From assembly GCF_001194135.2 (NCBI RefSeq), contig NC_068988.1:73633849-73697848 (forward strand): a stretch of 64,000 bases of DNA, read 5' to 3'. The translations under genes and the position numbers were made by a program. Below are positions 36,231 through 47,599 of the stretch, in pieces. Source of the stretch: Octopus bimaculoides (lineage: Eukaryota). Numbering within the stretch: the stretch's first letter is position 1; each line of letters opens with the position of its first letter. Below the pieces are notes generated by a model. That model was not told the DNA's origin, made no database searches, and worked only from the letters and a program-made list of their open reading frames with translations.

Positions 36231-36777
36231 TGATGCATTACCAGGCAGTGGCTCTCATGGCTTCTGATCTTAACTGATTGGAAGCGCCATCATGTACATT
36301 GTTTTGTCTTGGTATAAAAGATGGGCTACAGCAAATATTCTGCTCAATACCACAGATTTGTTTGTCAGTTGTTTGACCTTAACCAGTTGAACATGCCCCT
36401 TAGTAGCTAACAATATGTGTATCTCTGATCCCGAGCAGAAGTAGTGGGGGAGCATCATAGCCATGTGTTGAGAAGAATTCTTTGGGGTTTTAATGATTTA
36501 TCTCTGGAAATATGGGTGTTTCGTTCAACATCCTTAAACAACTTTTATTCGGGGACCTTTTGAGTGGGATGGGCTACTCAATCTGAAGAAAATTCTTACT
36601 GGGCCCCCACCTGCAAAATCATGCGCTGTTTATCTTGATATGAGATCACCATGTCGCGCACATATGGTTGTGATGCATGTACCTGGTGTACCCTTATAAG
36701 CCGGGTAGTCATGATGGGTATACTGGGATTCGTATATTTTACCCCAGTGTCGCTTTGATGGCACTGCTCTCTCACTC
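36231..36777. repeat. ~550 bp non-coding, structured element abutting (AAT)n; probably an interspersed repeat
   Basis: More GC-rich than its flanks, has no credible ORF, contains several short hairpins and is bounded by an (AAT/GAT)n tract at 36778-37025. Confidence 0.5.
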
Positions 36778-36815
<38 letters not shown>

Positions 36816-36820
36816 TGATG

Positions 36821-36889
<69 letters not shown>

Positions 36890-36930
36890 NNNNNNNNNNT
36901 AATAATAATAATAATGATGATGATGATGAT

Positions 36931-37026
<96 letters not shown>

Positions 37027-39139
37027 AGATTCTAGAACTTCTTATTTCTCAGATTTTAAGATTGAATTAATTTGTAAGAAAAATCTTCGTTGAAATTTCT
37101 ATTTCCCGATATGTCTAGTGGCTTCTTTTCAATCACTTCATTTGTTATAGAAATATAAAAATATATTTGATATCATACGAAGCATTAACGATAATTTCAA
37201 AGACGATATATTCAATACTAAAATCAATAATATAAGCGCAACAGCGAATAGATACATCATAGGTCTTTACTTTTCTCCAAAGATACCGGAATACTTTTCA
37301 CATCAAACATTTCGTTTCCCTATGAAGAGATTGGTAACAGTAATTTCCGATCAGAAAGAAAGCGGATCTACTTTGAAATATATTCGAATTCAGTGCCCAA
37401 GAGGCTATGATAAATATTCTATGAAGTACTCACCCTATTGTCTTGATCAAGAACGTTAAGCTTTCTTTGATAGTTGCCAGAAAGAAATTGATACCTTTCT
37501 CTGTTGTCACTTTCATATTGAAATCGTGTTATTGTGGGTAGAATCTGCTTTCAACATAGACGAATTTCTGAAAACCGTAAGAAGATTAATATGAAATAAA
37601 TATATTCTGAAACTAGATATTGCTAGTTTCAGCAAATTTTATTAATTGATCGCTTATATTCAGATATGCACTCAAAATTACTGAATTTTATAAATATCAA
37701 GATACTCATTGAAAATCTTTGAGTTAGAAGAAAAGGAAAATAAAATTACTTTCAAATGTATGAAACTCGAAAACATAAATTTCTGTTATGTTTAAAACGG
37801 ACGATTCAAATTGCTACATATCTAACATAGTGAAAATGTTTCTGGTCCTAAAACAAGTAAATATATATTTTACCTTCGTGCTAAATTGTAAACTTCTATA
37901 AAGATTTCTTTATGTAGGCAGGAACACTCAAATTTTTAACTATGACAAAACAGAATTGCTGATGTTCATCCTTATGTGAATGGACTGGTAGTGTAAAAGA
38001 AGTGGATTGCCTGATTAGGGGTGGTGTGTGATGTCTGAAGTTACACTTAAAGTTGTTTTATTCTAAAAGAAACCAATATACTTATACATATTTTTGGTTG
38101 CAGTTAAAGATTTGTGATCTCGTATAGATGTAGTTAGCTTTAATATAATTTGTATTGAAGATTTTATTGAAGATTTTTTTGTGAAGTGGTGAAGTGTGTC
38201 CCAGTTAGGTTCCTTTTTAATGAAGCTTAAGGATATTTTTGCTGTAGTTAGATATTTGTGATTCTATACTGTTTTAGTTTGCCTTGATTATTTTTGTATT
38301 CCTAGATTTAGTAATATTTTATATATATTGTTCATCGTTAAATCCACTTCTAGATTTGGCACTACTGTTTAACTCCAGGTCGCCGGCTGCCTAACGCAAG
38401 TATACAATTTGACAATGTAAAAATGGCACTGCACATTTAAAAATTACCTTGAAAAGGAGTGCTATCCACTCTGTAATTCAGTTTGGCAACACCACTACGT
38501 TTAAATACGTTTTTTAGGTTTACATCTCGCTAACCATCTTGTGGAGTCGTTTTCAATGGTTTCATTAATTTATATATTTCCATATCAGATTCTCTTTCTA
38601 ACGCTGATCTTTGGAACAAGCTCTAAGTTTTTTTCTCTTAAATACTTAATCACTGTTAGTAATTCTTTACAAGTGTAGATTATCAAGAAAAGTAAGAATT
38701 TCCAGTTTCTGGCTCTTCTTAAATACTGTATTGTCATTTAGTTCCATAGAAATTATAATAATTTGTGCGAGAGTCATTTAAAGTTATTAGAAAGTAGTAA
38801 AATTCCAGAACGATAATATAAAATAAAAATAGTTGGAACTGTTTTCAAAGTATAGAAAAATATACAATCACTAGCATACCTGTGTCGTAAAAAAGGCTGA
38901 TAGTTTTGTTAATGACAGAAAATAGCGCATCAGTACGATAGGAGAAACCCTCTTTGTAAATGTCAGCAATGGAGTAAATATATGTACATACACAAAATTG
39001 AATCACTTGAACAGTCAGATACGGTTGTAACATCTTGCATGATAATATTATATCCACGTAAGATATATATATATATATATATAATATACACGCACACATA
39101 TAAATATATGTGGATATACATTATATGTGTGTATATGCA

Positions 39140-39951
39140 TTATTCTTTATTATTCAAAATTAAGATAAATAAAGTTCTTTTTAAATCTAAAATATACTCT
39201 CCATCATTTTCTACAATGCTCTTCCATCTCTCTGGTAGACTTGCAAGGACCCTCTTCCAAAATTCACTTGTCCGTGGCGAAAAATACTCCTCCAGTATTG
39301 TTCTGACCTTGTCTACAGAATTCATATTTTTCCATCCAAATGACTCTGAAGACTGTGGAATAAATGATAACCAAATGGGACAATTTCCAGCAAATATGGT
39401 GGGTGGGGCATCGTTTCCCATTCAAACTGCTCCAATCTTTGGAATGTCATCATCGCTGTATGTGGCCGAGCATTATCTTGATGGGAGAACACCTTTCGTC
39501 TTGAAACCAAAGATGGTCGTTTTTCTTCTAGCGCTGACATAAGCAGCTCAAGCTGCTTGCAGTGGATCTCCTTTGTTATCATTTGGTTTGGGTTTAAAAG
39601 TTCAATGTGGATTAAACCTTTCTTATCCCACCAAACAGATAACAACACCTTGCATGGGTGAAGACCTTCTTTAGCCTGGGGTACCAGTGTTTCTCCTTTC
39701 CCTCTCCACTGTCTTTGGTACTTGACATTTTTATGGGGAAACCATTTTGCGTCCCCAGTCACTATTCGGTTCAAAAGAGGTTCATTCGTGAGACGTGAAA
39801 GAAAAAGAAGAGCACACATCACTCTCTACGCACGATTAGACTCGGAAAGTTTGAGGAACCCATCGAATCAATTTGCTGACTTTTCCGATGGCACGCAGGT
39901 GTCGATGACTGGTTGAATGACCAAATCCAAGCTTCTCTGCTAGTTCCTCAA
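39140..39951 (-). mobile_element. Mariner, 5'-truncated, same family as 26360-27705
   Basis: IVTGDAKW, KVLLSVWW, SHQDNARPHT and HPPYLLEIVPFGYHLF. About 94% identical to the 27.3-27.6 kb segment by manual comparison. Confidence 0.92.
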
Positions 39952-40442
39952 GAGATATTCTAGATATAGATATTTCATATCTATATTTATGTGGTTATAT
40001 GTAAATATATATATGTACATATATGTGCCTCTGTGTGTGTGTGTGTGTGCGCGCGCGCGTTTATATATACACATACATACGAGTGTACGTGTGTGTGTGT
40101 TTGCATCTATGCATTTATATATATACAAAAATTTATATATACTAAAATAGATACGAATAAGTGTGTATATGTGTGAATTGAGCGTGAACATACATGAGTC
40201 TGTATGCGTGTGTATGAGTTGAATTATGTATATGTCTATATATATGTGTGGGTACGTATGTGCGCATACAAATTAACAAATATACATTCTTTCTTTCTTT
40301 TCCTACTTATCACTAACCTATCACACATGTCTATTTATAGCAACTTGACTTCTTTATATTCTTCATTCCACCTCAATTTTTACTGCCAAAACTAAATACC
40401 CACCTACATATCACCCCACCCGACGATGATCATATGGAAAAT

Positions 40443-40500
40443 ACCGCATGGTGAACAGGATATCGACCGCATGGTGGACAGGAAATCAACCATGTGGTTG
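40443..40500. repeat. 23-bp minisatellite, ~2.5 copies (ACCGCATGGTGRACAGGAWATCR)
   Basis: Units start at 40443, 40466 and 40489. Confidence 0.85.
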
Positions 40501-41439
40501 TGTGGGGGTGAGTAGATGTGGGAGTATATGGTATATATGTGTTCATGTATATGACCATATATCTGCGTGTATGCACCCGTATTTATACGAGTATGTGTGC
40601 GTAGATGTACATTCACACAATCGCATGCGCATCCACATCCACACACACACTCGAATGCACACACGCACATGCACACAGAAGCGCTCACACATATACGCGC
40701 ATACACACGCGCGCGCACACACGCGCGCACTCACACGCGCACTCACACACGCACCTGTGCACATTTTTACCTAAATGTATAAATGCATATGCGCACATGA
40801 ACTCGCGCGCGCGTACATACAAGTGTCTACGTGTACATACATGAACACGCACGGGTGCACATGCATATGGGTGCGCGCGCATACATATATACTCGTGTGG
40901 TTATGTACAAGGGGTGACAGTATGTAGGTAGACAGGCATAAAGAAGTGTTGGGAATTAGTGATTTGCGGTGCTGTTCATGGTGGTTAGCTGGTAACGGGG
41001 ACTTTGGTGCAGGTGGTGCAGGAAGTGGCTGGTACTAAGGACTTATATCCGGGTTGTCGGCGGCCAGTGGCTTGAAATTTACCAGAAGGGTGTACCGCTG
41101 GTGACAGCAATACGACACCTCATATTTCTTGTTGATGGATACTGCTGGCTGGCAGATGATATGCAGTCTTCAGTGGAGGGAAAAGTTGACAATTACGGTC
41201 GCCGGGTGAATATGGTGGCGCTCTGTCGATAACAGTCCACTTGATGCTGGGTGTTTCATCTCGGAGGTAACAATGTCTCCAGAGAAAGCGCAACAGGGAA
41301 GTGGATCTAAATGAATGTCACAGGATCTAAATGAATGCAAGTCCCTGGGAGTACCTTCCTTTGAAATCATTGGCTGTCATGCCCGTATAGTGCCTAGTAA
41401 TGCCATCGGATGGTGTAAGCGGGGCTCTGTATACTACAG

Positions 41440-41848
41440 CCCTTGAGAAGCAGGATCCTCTTAGAGGGCAGGTGGTAGAGTTTCGGAGGTTGCAGGCTGG
41501 GATTGGGGGTTGTGTGGATGCGTTTTTACGTCTGTTGTTGCGTGCGATGTTAGATGCGATGTTGTCTAAGCAGGAGTAGCTTACCTTGACATTATGGGGG
41601 TTGAAGAGCTTGTAATACTTATGGCCTCTGAGGAAATGTTTTTTTATTAACGACGTTAGTAGAAACTTCTAGGTTACATGGGGTGGGGCGTTATACCAGA
41701 TAATCTTCCTCTTCCTAATTCTCTTGGGTTGAGATGGGAGTGGAGTTCGTCCACATACGTGAGCTTCTCAGAAAATCCGCTCCTAGCCAAAACATCGTTG
41801 TAGTGGAGGTGACCTTATTAAAGATCTCTCTGTTGGTTGAGAGTTTAG
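41440..41848 (-). mobile_element. PLE fragment (thumb/linker)
   Basis: LSTNREIFNK..YNDVLARSGFSEKLTY, RKRKIIWYN and HKYYKLFNPHNVKVSYSCLDNI. Confidence 0.8.
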
Positions 41849-41856
41849 ACACACTG

Positions 41857-43330
41857 TCTCACACACTGTCTTGCAACACGAAATACCTCGAGTCTTTGGT
41901 CCTCACGGCGCAGAACATTGGCATTTTTTTCTTATCCGCTTCCCCTCTGGCTAAGTAAACCTGTCTCCTAGCTTCCCTTCTGGCAGTCTGATACAATTCC
42001 CTGCTACCTCCGTTCTTCCAGTCCTTCCAAGCCTGTTTCTTTTGTCTAATAACCCTGTCAACCACATTGTTCCACCACCACGTTACTTCGGGTCGAGAGG
42101 GGACTTTGCACCAACCACAGATCTGGTCGGTGGCACACAGCAGGCTGTCCCGTAGAAACCTCCAATTGTCTTCCACATTGTGTGATGCTATATCACCTTC
42201 TATTTCGTTAAATGCTTCGAGTAAGACATCTCTAAATCTCTGTCCATTTGCAGGATCTTTAAGCTTCCAGACCTTTCTCCTCCAAGCTGGTCTACTTCTG
42301 GGCATCCATTTAGCTTTGATCCCGAAGTCGCTAACTCCTAATCTGTGTTGAGGGGTACATTCTTCGCCTGGGAAGGTTTTGGCATTTATAAGCAGTCCTC
42401 TTTCCCTATTTCTGGCAAGGATGTAGTCGATTTGGCTAGTGTGTCTGCCGGAACGGTATGTGACTAGGTGACAGGCAGGTTTCCTGAAGTTGGTATTGCA
42501 AACCATAAGATCATTTGCATCACAGAACTCCAGCAGTCAGGTTCCCTCCTCATTGCAGGAACTGAAGCCATAGCCTCTATGTACGCCATGGAAGCCCCCT
42601 GCATGTTGTCCAACATGACCATTCAAATCACCAGCCACAAAGAGAAGGTCTCTGTCATTCGTCAATGAGGTAGTCTGCAAGAGGGTGTCATAAAATTGGT
42701 CTTTCTGCCCATCCAGTAGCCCCGGCTGAGAGGCATAGGCCGAGATGACGGTAGCTAACCTATGGTGAAGCACTAGTCTAATCTTAAGTACTCTGTCACA
42801 TACTCTGACTACCTCGATTACCTTATCAACCCATTTCTCCGCAAGAAGTATTCCCACGCCCCCGACCCCGTCAGAAAATCTTGTACCTGCGTTCTTTGCC
42901 TGTGAGGAACCTAGCGGAACCTCCTCTCTACCTTACTTCTTGGATGCAGCACATATCTACGCGTCTCCGTTCAAGCATCTCAACAATCTCACCAGACCTA
43001 CATTTCAGCGTGCTGACATTGAGAGTGCCAATTCTGAGAGTGTGGGAGGTGTGGGCCTGTGAGACCCTAGGATGAGGGACAGCAGTGTCCTGTACCTGAA
43101 AAGAAAGCTTGCATCTGACAGAATTCATAAACAAACAATGCCTACAACCTGCATACACTACACCATTTTTATGTGATCGATAAACCCTGGGTAGGGGAGG
43201 GGATGGCATTAGGCCCTTAGAAGTGTTCGCAGGAGACAACCAAGGATGACAGAGGATAAGAACTTCCGGTATAGGTGGAGTGGTTGGAGGGCGGGCATAC
43301 CGCGAGCCAGCAAGTTTAAAGCGAGAGCCA
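41857..43330 (-). mobile_element. RTE-clade LINE 5' half (APE endonuclease), 3'-truncated
   Basis: LRIGTLNVSTLK, VDMCCIQEVR, VISAYASQPGL, LFVAGDLNGHVG, VCNTNFRK and SQIDYIL form an APE domain. There are few frameshifts. Confidence 0.92.
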
Positions 43331-44296
43331 CTTCTGCACTTTTATACTATGGTAGACAAATTTAGAGTGAATGAGTTAAAGAAATGATAAACTTGAATAA
43401 AGTAAAGTAAAATAAATAAATAAATAAATAAAGTGTGGCGATTAAAGGAATGCGTGAATTTAAGAAATAGATAGATGATAAAGAACGGACGGGGGTGGGT
43501 TAGGGTTATGATCTACGCAGAAAGCAGGAGTACATGAAAGGTTGAAAGAAAAGTTCTTATCTATTCATCTTCTGGATTTCGTTTTCTGTCAGCAGAGGAA
43601 TTTGAAGCCGATTAGGAGAAAGTAGAATATTGAACTGGTTTATATAGAGTTAGTGTTAGGGGGGGGGGAGATGGCGGACCTGGTGGAAATCGAAGAGAGA
43701 GGGGAGAGAGAGAGGACAAAGTGTTTGTTAAAAAATATAAAAATGCAAAGAAAGTTGGGAAGAAGAAAAAAATAACATTTAGGAAGAGTAACATATATGG
43801 TAAAAGGGCTTACGTGGGAACAGAAGAGACATCTGAACCAAAAAAAAAAAAAAGATTTACAGAAGAATAAATAAGGCAGGAAGAAATGTTTGATGTTTCA
43901 TACGGCAAGAAACGGTTGAACCAGCGTGTACATCAAGTAGGAAAAGAAAACTGACGGAAATGAAAATTGAACCAAAAAGAAATAAATATTCCAATTTCTC
44001 CCCGAGGAAGTAAAAATGAAAAAGGTGGGGGAGAAAGGTGGTAATAAATAAAAGTATTGACTCTCAGAGAAAGTTAAACTTAAAAAGGAGAGATGTTGTG
44101 GTGGAATCCCAACACCCCCATGAATGAACTGTTCTAAATTGTATAAGAACGCATGCGTGCTGGAGATACAAAAAACAGAGTGTGGTATGTGCAGAAACAG
44201 TCGTTAGAAGTCGTTTGAGAAGAGATGTCAGAATTACGTATTGGTGAATTGATAGTTGTTAAATGATTATACCAGAAGTCTGTAATCACAATAAAA

Positions 44297-44907
44297 CATC
44301 ATAACAAAAAGGTTAGGGCCTTCAGAGGGTAGGGTGAAAGTCAACAATGTCGAACTGGGTGAATTTGCAGGCTGATTTATTATCGATACAGTTGATCACA
44401 TCTGCGATGGAGTTCCAGTGAATCAACCCTGTAGCCCTTCTAATATCGGAGTTGATAGTATCGAGAATGTGCTTGCCAATGATGCCCATCTCGTTTTTGA
44501 AGGGGTTGATCGATCTGCATTTTGGGTTGGAATGTGAGAATGCGCTTGCCAATGATACCTATCTCGCTTTTGTAGGGGTTTGATCAGCCTGCATTTTGGG
44601 TTGGAATGGAAATTAGGCTTATGGTCCTTAAGTGTAATATGGAGGGAAAGTCGCGTGGCAAGGCGGTCCACGCGATCCTCTATCTTAAGGCCGGTAGCTA
44701 GCTCCTTTGTTTCTGTGTTTATGTCATTGTATGTTGAATTACGGGTATTTTTGTATGTTTCAGTGATGGCGCTTATGAGGAGTCTTGAATGTGTGAAAGT
44801 GTTTGTTTCATAAATATTTTTTGTTTTGTCTGCGGAGATGTGTAGGTTGGGTGATTGTTTAATACTGGTTATATAGTCATTTAAGGATTTAAGGAAGGGG
44901 TTAGAAT

Positions 44908-44908
<1 letters not shown>
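44297..44908 (-). mobile_element. PLE RT N-terminal fragment
   Basis: ISADKTKNIY, ITLKDHKPNFHSNPKCRLI, EMGIIGKHILDTINSDIR and FTQFDIVDFHP. Confidence 0.85.
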
Positions 44909-44954
<46 letters not shown>

Positions 44955-44955
44955 G

Positions 44956-45506
44956 CATAAAAAGGAAAGGGAAAATATAAGTGTAGACGTTACTTTATTC
45001 CAAGTTGGTACATATATCCAATAAAAACTCTACAAGTTGTTTCCAAGCCGAATTAATTCAAAACAAAACGAAATATAATAGGAATCCATTAATGAAGTGA
45101 ATGAGTTCTAGCAACAAATAAACACCTTTACAATAGCCCAGAAAGGAGCAAACATTTAAATTATGATAGAAAGAAATTAACTGAACGCCCGATCGATCAA
45201 AAACTGGAAAATAAATACACTTCATCTTTAATTCTAATGACAATTTACAATTTATAAATATCTGTTAATGACATTTGCAATTACCGTCTATACAAAACAA
45301 AATAGACAATCAACCTATAGATAAGTTAATGGAAAAAAAAACTATAGAATTATAGATAAACTAAGAATTACAGAGTTAACTAATTGAAAAATTAAAAACC
45401 AATATATTATCCACTATAACATAACCAATACAATAATTCAAAGTTAATAATGTATGCATTTGTGTGTGCGTGTGTATATGTATGTATGTGTGTGAATGTA
45501 TGTATG

Positions 45507-45537
<31 letters not shown>

Positions 45538-45707
45538 TGAATTCCTGAGGAAAAGCCTAATCTGTGATTTCAAAAGTATCATATTTCGTTTATATAGTTT
45601 TGTTTTGAATTAATTAAGCTTGGAAACAACTTTTTACAAGTTTTTATTGGATATATGTACCAACTTGAAATAAAGTAACGTCTACACTTCTATTTTTCCT
45701 TTTTATG
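44956..45707. repeat. ~110-bp inverted repeat pair (44956-45069 / 45597-45707)
   Basis: The arms are reverse complements at roughly 90% identity, for example AAGTGTAGACGTTACTTTATT / AATAAAGTAACGTCTACACTT. Confidence 0.9.
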
Positions 45708-45809
45708 TTTTATTTATTGTACCAATATTGAGTATATATATTTATATATATTCTTTGCTTTTGAACCTGCGAACTTGGATCTTTAACATCTCTTTGAAGG
45801 ATTTAGGTC

Positions 45810-45843
<34 letters not shown>

Positions 45844-45898
45844 CTTCTTCTTCTTCTTCTTCTTCTTCTTCTTCTTCTTCTTTCTCTCTCTCTCCATA

Positions 45899-45945
<47 letters not shown>

Positions 45946-45949
45946 GTGA

Positions 45950-46700
45950 GAGATGAGATTGCACGAATAAGCAACTAATGCAGCGAAGTGACCGACAAAG
46001 TCACCAACACCAAGCAGTTCCTCAGAGACCTAATCCTGAACGGCTACCCATCATCTTTAGCCAAACAACAGCACCTAAAGAACATCAGGGTCAATAAATC
46101 CCGGAAGAACCCTCATACTCCTAAGTCTGGCATGTACTTCCTAAAGCTACCACATTTTGATGACAGAACTACTGCTGCGATACAACATACAGTCCGCAGC
46201 GAGGGACTCGACATACAGATATTACACACCGGTCCATCCCTGAGAAAAGTTCTGAACACGAACAACACCTTTCACAACATCGAAGAGTGCACATTATCAA
46301 ATTGCCCCATCAAAGACAAGAAAACTACACATACGCATAAAAGAACACATGCAGACGGACACTTCCGTGAAGAAACATCTACGAAAATGCCAGACCCGAG
46401 AGTTCACAGTGCACATCAGGGCAACACAGCGCAACCTTAGAATCTCCGAAGCCATATTAATACACCAACGGAAGACGACTATCAACAAAAGAAGAGAGTT
46501 ACGTGAAGCTAACTGGCTGCTATAACAACAACCTTCTGCGCATGTCTACTCCCTACATATTCACACACATGTACATCTACAACATTCGCTACTTCCTGAA
46601 GAGAGGGTCATAACCCTAGAAATATTGATTGCAGGGTAAGTCACCATTCATTCAAATGCCTCTTTTCTTGTGATTTACCTTGGATTTATTTCGCATTGTT
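45950..46700 (+). mobile_element. PLE 3' end (thumb, GIY-YIG remnant) and pLTR-like tail
   Basis: LILNGYPSSL, YFLKLPHFDD, HTGPSLRKVL, CTLSNCPIK and ISEAILIHQRKTTINKRREL. A hammerhead-like motif lies at ~46596. Confidence 0.8.
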
Positions 46701-47007
46701 CGGGCGTTACCCACGAATTTTATATAATATATCGTAACAATGCTTCATACTAACTATATATATATATATATATNNNNNNNNNNNNNNNNNNNNNNNNNNN
46801 NNNNNNNNNNNNNNNNNNNNNNNNNNNNNNNNNNNNNNNNNNNNNNNNNNNNNNNNNNNNNNNNNNNNNNNNNNNNNNNNNNNNNNNNNNNNNNNNNNNN
46901 NNNNNNNNNNNNNNNNNNNNNNNNNNNNNNNNNNNNNNNNNNNNNNNNNNNNNNNNNNNNNNNNNNNNNNNNNNNNNNNNNNNNNNNNNNNNNNNNNNNN
47001 NNNNNNN

Positions 47008-47052
<45 letters not shown>

Positions 47053-47325
47053 AAAACTACTTTTCCATGTCCAGGTGGTTCAAACAGATTTTGTACACTC
47101 GTCGCCAACCCTCGTCTATTTCCAAGTAAGGTAATATTTCACCGTACCCAGACATGATAACCTGTAAGATTGGCAACAAAGAGTACATCTTGCGTGATAG
47201 TGATACTCAGTTACAACTACTGTCCGATGTTAAGACAAAGAGACGATAAACACACATACACACACACATATATATACATATGTATATACATATATGCATA
47301 TAAATGTATGCATGCATATGTATGT

Positions 47326-47538
47326 ATTCGATGGGGTGCTGAGAAATTTCTGGTTTTAAGGGTATCGCGAAAGGTCTGATTGGAGGCCCAAATTTCTGTG
47401 TTCTTAGAAAAACTGAAGGACCACTGCAATAAGTGTATGAATCTGAGAGGGGAACAGGTTGAATAGAATCATAATTAAGTAATCGTCCAGTGTTTTTATT
47501 TTTACCGAAAGACAGGAGCTTTTCAGCACCCACTCGTA
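47326..47538 (+). mobile_element. Mariner-derived MITE (internal-deletion derivative)
   Basis: TIRs TTCGATGGGGTGCTGAGAAAT / AGCTTTTCAGCACCCACTCGTA enclose only the transposase C-terminus KDHCNKCMNLRGEQVE*. Confidence 0.75.
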
Positions 47539-47599
47539 CATGTACATACATACATACATACATACATACATACATACATACTCGTACACACAAATGCAT

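Noticed and set aside
37030-38840. Possible decayed retroelement or hAT coding sequence
   Set aside because: Only scattered weak motifs were seen, and it could not be assigned without a database search.
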